A stretch of DNA of 20,000 nucleotides, from the IMG/VR virus record IMGVR_UViG_3300032050_000078, positions 57,780-77,779 of that record; one strand, 5' to 3'. The stretch comes from an uncultured virus (IMG/VR IMGVR_UViG_3300032050_000078) (lineage: Duplodnaviria; Heunggongvirae; Uroviricota; Caudoviricetes). Position numbers and translations under genes: made by a program. Positions 15,499 to 20,000 of this stretch are shown piece after piece. How positions within the stretch are numbered: the stretch's first letter is position 1; each line of letters begins with the position of its first letter. The notes below the pieces were generated by a model. The model saw only the letters and a list, made by a program, of their open reading frames with translations, was not told the DNA's origin and ran no database searches.

Positions 15499-18400
15499 TT
15501 AAAGAAGACATTTAATTAAAAACGATTGTGGAACTATTGCTCTTGTCGTATCCGTAGTAATTCCATCTTCTAATACTGGAATAGAGTTAACATTGAATTG
15601 AATGTTGTATGATCCATTTTGGGTACATCCTATCGTAGTAAGTAAATCTTGTGCTGTCATTGTAAACGACTGTTTATTCGTCGCAATGAATGTTGGTACA
15701 TTAATTTTTACACCTATTGTTGCAGTACATTCTTCAGGTTTTTTATTAAATATAATTTCAGCCGAATCAATATTCCATTTTCCTGAATTAGGTGATATTA
15801 CTATTTGCATTTGAATTAACTGATCACCATTGGCTTGGACAACTTGTTTAGCAGGTTTTGGTGTGGTAGTACTTGATTGTGATGTAAATTGTCTTTGTGA
15901 ACTAACATAATCAGTATAAGCATTACCAAAAAGTTTTTCTAATTTATTTTTATTTTCTTCAATTAAAGTATCAAATAATGATTGTCCCTCATTGGTTGGG
16001 TAATTGTCCATATAGAATGTTGCAAATGCCTTACCATATTTGATTTGATCGGAAATATTATTATTTGTTGATACATAATTTTTTATGGTACCTAATTGAG
16101 GTCCATACTTGGCAATCATAAAATTCACAAATTGATCAAATGATGAAAATACCGCCATAGGTATGTTCTTACTATTACAATAGTATTTGTTTTCAAATAA
16201 AACAAAAGAACCACCATAATTAGTATTCAAAGGTATTAACCCATAATTATTACCATAAGTCTTAAAAATCTCAGATGGTTTTGTGGCAACCGTCATAATA
16301 CTATATATAAATGATGCCAAAGTTTTTGAGTCATTACTATTATAAGAACCGTTCGCAATAATTAATTCGTTTATTTTATTTGCCGCATCTTTTTTATTTA
16401 TTTCACTAGAACTCATTATCATTAATGGATCACCAGTAGCATTTGTAAAGTTTTTATATGACTCATTAAGTGCCGAAGAACAAGCTTGATTAACATTAAG
16501 AGTGGTATTAGTTTCACTAACATTATCCAATTTAGTTGCCGTTTGAGATAATGTATTCACAGATTGTTGTGTCTTTGTTTCTTCATTCTGTTTAATCCTT
16601 TCTTGAATATCTTTTAGTATTTTAGTACTGATTGATTGTATGAAACTTTCTATTTTAGGTATACTATAAAAAGGTTGTCTTTGCCCTTCAAATGTCGTGT
16701 CAAACCCATTTTGAGAAATTCTATGACTTACTTTTAATATCATATAAGGTCCACTAAATAAAGGAACATTTCTTAAATTAAAGTACATCATAGGTTGTAT
16801 CAACGCATTACCCATCATATCAATAGAACATTTATAACTTCTATTTTTATATAGATTATATAATGAAACACTTTGAGTATAACTACCTCTGTTTCTATCC
16901 TGATTAGCCATTTGGTTTAGAACTTCCAATGATTCGGTAGTTGGTAATCCAGGATCTTGAGATACATCAATTTGTTTAAAAATTTGTTGATTTTGTGGTC
17001 CAATATCAACATTGAATCCAACAACTTTATTTGATGTTGCCCAATTTGTTTTGTTTTCTTGATTTTCTAATAACGGATTGTCAGTTGCTCTTCTCAAATC
17101 AAACGCATCATCTCTATATCTGTAATCAACATTATCGTTAAGTGCTAAATGTTCACTTGGTTTATTAGCATATAAACAAACAAACTTTGAACCTGTTTCT
17201 CTATAATCAACATTTAAATAAGTACCAAATAAAGTATTGGCAAATTCTAAAGTGCCTTCAGGTCTTGGTACCGCATTTTTACTAACATCTCTAACATTAT
17301 AAAAATTCGCAAATGCGGGAATAACAAAGTTAACAAAATTATTTTCAGTCAATATTGTTTGTACAATATCCAACATATTATTTTTAACAAGAGAACTATC
17401 AATTAATGTTTTTAATTTGAAGATGTCCACATATATTTGTTGTCCTACATCTCTACTGGCTCTGTCCATTAAAAGTACATCTTCAAATAAAGTCTTACTT
17501 TTAAAGTCGGTACCTGAAATCCATGTGTCGTTAATGGTTTTAAATAATTCCCATAATTCATATCTAGTTTGATCACCTTCATAATCCGCCCTAACTTTAG
17601 TGTTTGTTTGACTAATATTAACATCAGGAAGTTCTTTCCTCAATCTAGTCATTTCTAAATCTAATAAAGTATTAATATATGTATTACTTTTATTAATATA
17701 ACCATCCATTAAAGTCCTAAACTTTGTGGAATTAAAATTGTTGTCTTCTAATTTTTGAGTGGCATATATTTTAATTAACGGTGATAATGTCTTAATTGAA
17801 TTTTCAGTAAATTCAATATTCATATCTAAAAAGAAATCGGTAATGTATGAACCGTTATCACTATAAACTAATTCCGGTATCTCAGAAAATCCTACATAAG
17901 TTTCTAAAGTTTTCCAAGTTTCAGGATTTTGTGCTTTAGACTGTGATAAAGTTATTGACCCGCCAGCACTTGGTAAACTATTTGGTGAACCGACATTATA
18001 CCCTTGGAAACTATATGTATCAATTAAGATTTGATTTGAATATGTGTAAAACAATTTCTTATCAAAATTTGATGGGTTACCGTATTTCATGGTAACTTTA
18101 TAATCCATAAATGTTCCTAACACTTGTTTGAAGTTACTAATTTGTGATTCTTGTATTTCATTAATAACAACCGATCCATTTATGTTATCTTTTGGTTTTG
18201 GAACTTTCATTAACGATCTCATTAGAGATTGGAAATTATTGTTTGTAATTTCAGTGTCAGTATCAACCCCAAGAGTTGATTTTATATTTGAGTTATAATC
18301 ATATACAGAACGGCTAAAATTTAAAAACTCGTTCTCCATTATGTCTAAAATATCTTTTTCAAATGTTGTAAATAACTCACTTATTTTTGTATATTCAGAC

Positions 18401-20000
18401 GATACCCCATTAATTGAGAATGCCTGTTGTATTGATTCGTCATTTTTAATATGTTTTAAATAACTGTTTGGTGATGGTTTAATTAATCTATCATTATCAA
18501 AATATCCATAATTTGGTGCTTTCCAAAATAATCTAACTGAACCATTATAAACTGCGGGGTTATCAACAACTTCTGTTGCTAAATCACCATTAATTTTAAA
18601 ACATTCATCTTTAGTTTGATTCACTGAAGATCCAAATGATGGTATTGGGAATATATTGTTACCATCTGATGTTGTAACAAAACAACTCCAAGATTTCAAA
18701 CTTAAAGAACGATTTAAATTACTTAAATCAAATCCTGGTAATTTATTTATTGTTGATCCTGCTGCGGATTTTAAATATAAAATATTATCATCTAAAACAC
18801 TTTGTATCTCACTATTTGAATATGACTGTGCCGGTGGGTTAGTGACATAAAAACTAATTGCCGTTGTTGCGGTTTGTGGTATATTAATACCGTAAACACC
18901 AACACCACCCAAAGTACCGCTAGTTTGTCCCGTAATTGTGGTGCCTAAAGTAATACCATTACCTGATAGAATAGCACCATCAAATAAATCATTACCACTA
19001 ACCGTACTAACAGTTAATACATTACCCAATATTGTTGCAGTACCTGAAATTTGTACTTGAGTTTCAAATACTCTTTTACCTTGGTAAAATACATTAAAGT
19101 CATCAATTAACTTAGGATAAAATCCTGTATTAATTCTTGTTTGTTCACTTAACCCATTAATAATAGTGTCTTGTAAAACGATGTCTTGTGGTATTCCATC
19201 AATAACTAATGAATATGTTTTAGTAACCGCACTATTTTGGGGATCATAATTATCTGAATAATTAAAATTAGTCCACGCATCATCAAGAATATCAACCCCA
19301 TCTTCTGTCCAAGTTTTATATCTATGCCAGATAGATCCATATTTAAGTACCCACGCATATGGTATTTTATGGATTCCACCATATTTTTTAAATGTGGATA
19401 TAATGTAATTTAAATCTGAAAAACTACCATCATTATCTTCTTTATATTTTTCTCTTAAAGTTGCCAATGGTAAACTATTCAAGAATAGATATGATGCGGA
19501 TTTAAACGGATATAGGTTATCTGTATATCTAAAATCATACACCCCTTTTTGAATTGCATTAATAAAATAAGGTGTATTTAGAATTGATGTCGTTTGTTCT
19601 GACACCAATTTATTGTCATAATCAAAATATGAAATGTTACCTTCAGTAGTGTATTGATTTTTTATTGTTCTCGTATTATAAAAAGTTTTTAAATCCGCCA
19701 AAATAATTGGTTGATTAAATGTCCCACTATTGTTTGATTTATAATTAAAACTTGTTACAGGTTGTTTGTCTTTAGCATCTACAGTATCATCATAATTTGT
19801 TATACTTTTTATAATTGTATTATATTCTAAAACTTGATTAGTTTTAAAAACATCTTCTTTCTTTTGAATGTCCTTTCCGTCCGCTAAATAATTTTTTATC
19901 CAACTCAAATTAGTTATTGGATATGTGTCAGTAAAATCAAAATTCTCTACAATGTTTGCATTACCAAAATATTCTTTAGTATATGAATTATCTTTAATGG
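15499..20000 (-). CDS. Giant virion protein (>1500 aa, 5' end outside the window) with a gp27/VgrG/gpD-like baseplate-hub C-terminal motif
   Basis: The frame stays open from 19908 to the window edge (...IKDNSYTKEYFGNANIVENFDFTDTYPITNLSWIKNY), so the track's TTG start is an artefact. SYKCSIDMMGNALIQPMMYFNLRNVPLFSGPYMILKVSHRISQNGFDTTFEGQR matches the hub/late-control-D beta-barrel pattern (GxYxIxxVxH.I...GF.T.F). Confidence 0.7.
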   Translation of the reverse strand, partial: IKDNSYTKEYFGNANIVENFDFTDTYPITNLSWIKNYLADGKDIQKKEDVFKTNQVLEYNTIIKSITNYDDTVDAKDKQPVTSFNYKSNNSGTFNQPIILADLKTFYNTRTIKNQYTTEGNISYFDYDNKLVSEQTTSILNTPYFINAIQKGVYDFRYTDNLYPFKSASYLFLNSLPLATLREKYKEDNDGSFSDLNYIISTFKKYGGIHKIPYAWVLKYGSIWHRYKTWTEDGVDILDDAWTNFNYSDNYDPQNSAVTKTYSLVIDGIPQDIVLQDTIINGLSEQTRINTGFYPKLIDDFNVFYQGKRVFETQVQISGTATILGNVLTVSTVSGNDLFDGAILSGNGITLGTTITGQTSGTLGGVGVYGINIPQTATTAISFYVTNPPAQSYSNSEIQSVLDDNILYLKSAAGSTINKLPGFDLSNLNRSLSLKSWSCFVTTSDGNNIFPIPSFGSSVNQTKDECFKINGDLATEVVDNPAVYNGSVRLFWKAPNYGYFDNDRLIKPSPNSYLKHIKNDESIQQAFSINGVSSEYTKISELFTTFEKDILDIMENEFLNFSRSVYDYNSNIKSTLGVDTDTEITNNNFQSLMRSLMKVPKPKDNINGSVVINEIQESQISNFKQVLGTFMDYKVTMKYGNPSNFDKKLFYTYSNQILIDTYSFQGYNVGSPNSLPSAGGSITLSQSKAQNPETWKTLETYVGFSEIPELVYSDNGSYITDFFLDMNIEFTENSIKTLSPLIKIYATQKLEDNNFNSTKFRTLMDGYINKSNTYINTLLDLEMTRLRKELPDVNISQTNTKVRADYEGDQTRYELWELFKTINDTWISGTDFKSKTLFEDVLLMDRASRDVGQQIYVDIFKLKTLIDSSLVKNNMLDIVQTILTENNFVNFVIPAFANFYNVRDVSKNAVPRPEGTLEFANTLFGTYLNVDYRETGSKFVCLYANKPSEHLALNDNVDYRYRDDAFDLRRATDNPLLENQENKTNWATSNKVVGFNVDIGPQNQQIFKQIDVSQDPGLPTTESLEVLNQMANQDRNRGSYTQSVSLYNLYKNRSYKCSIDMMGNALIQPMMYFNLRNVPLFSGPYMILKVSHRISQNGFDTTFEGQRQPFYSIPKIESFIQSISTKILKDIQERIKQNEETKTQQSVNTLSQTATKLDNVSETNTTLNVNQACSSALNESYKNFTNATGDPLMIMSSSEINKKDAANKINELIIANGSYNSNDSKTLASFIYSIMTVATKPSEIFKTYGNNYGLIPLNTNYGGSFVLFENKYYCNSKNIPMAVFSSFDQFVNFMIAKYGPQLGTIKNYVSTNNNISDQIKYGKAFATFYMDNYPTNEGQSLFDTLIEENKNKLEKLFGNAYTDYVSSQRQFTSQSSTTTPKPAKQVVQANGDQLIQMQIVISPNSGKWNIDSAEIIFNKKPEECTATIGVKINVPTFIATNKQSFTMTAQDLLTTIGCTQNGSYNIQFNVNSIPVLEDGITTDTTRAIVPQSFLIKCLL

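Noticed and set aside
5887..18850. All plus-strand ORFs in the track (5887, 7283, 7998, 8907, 10571, 13113, 13856, 14944, 15602, 18656)
   Set aside because: Short antisense shadows lying wholly inside well-supported minus-strand genes, with no recognisable motifs or plausible expression signals.
1..20000. Stop-codon reassignment (as in Lak or some crAss-like phages)
   Set aside because: Conserved genes are full length under code 11 and end in TAA or TGA. No gene here uses TAG as its first stop, but no in-frame TAG interrupts a gene either, so there is no positive evidence.
1..20000. CRISPR array, tRNA, rRNA or DGR template/variable repeats
   Set aside because: Intergenic gaps are at most about 106 nt and are explained by hairpins and promoters; no periodic repeats, cloverleaf or long adenine-mismatched repeat pair was noticed by eye.

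Overview
AT-rich, gene-dense fragment of a large tailed (contractile-tail, myovirus-like) bacteriophage genome. All real genes are on the minus strand and read with genetic code 11. In transcription order (right to left): a giant >1500-aa virion protein with a gp27/VgrG/gpD-like baseplate-hub motif (5' end outside the window), a 75-aa hypothetical, a Pro/Ala-rich acidic coiled-coil protein, and then a replication/recombination/nucleotide cassette. That cassette holds a gp32-like SSB, RecA/UvsX, 5'-3' exonuclease/RNase H, a coupled hypothetical, a DnaB/gp41 helicase, a free-standing GIY-YIG homing endonuclease, and class Ia nrdB and nrdA. After it come gp25-like and gp6/baseplate-J-like baseplate genes and a >999-aa protein with a long hydrophobic segment, which the ORF track missed because it runs off the window. 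The leaders lack Shine-Dalgarno sequences and the RNR is of the eukaryote-like type, which hints at a Bacteroidota host (inference). Notable non-coding signals: a recurrent TATTTAT motif upstream of starts, a TTGACT-17-TATACT promoter, two intrinsic terminators, and a two-state hairpin at the nrdA/gp25 junction. No tRNA, rRNA or CRISPR array was seen. All family calls come from motif recognition by eye; no database search was run.
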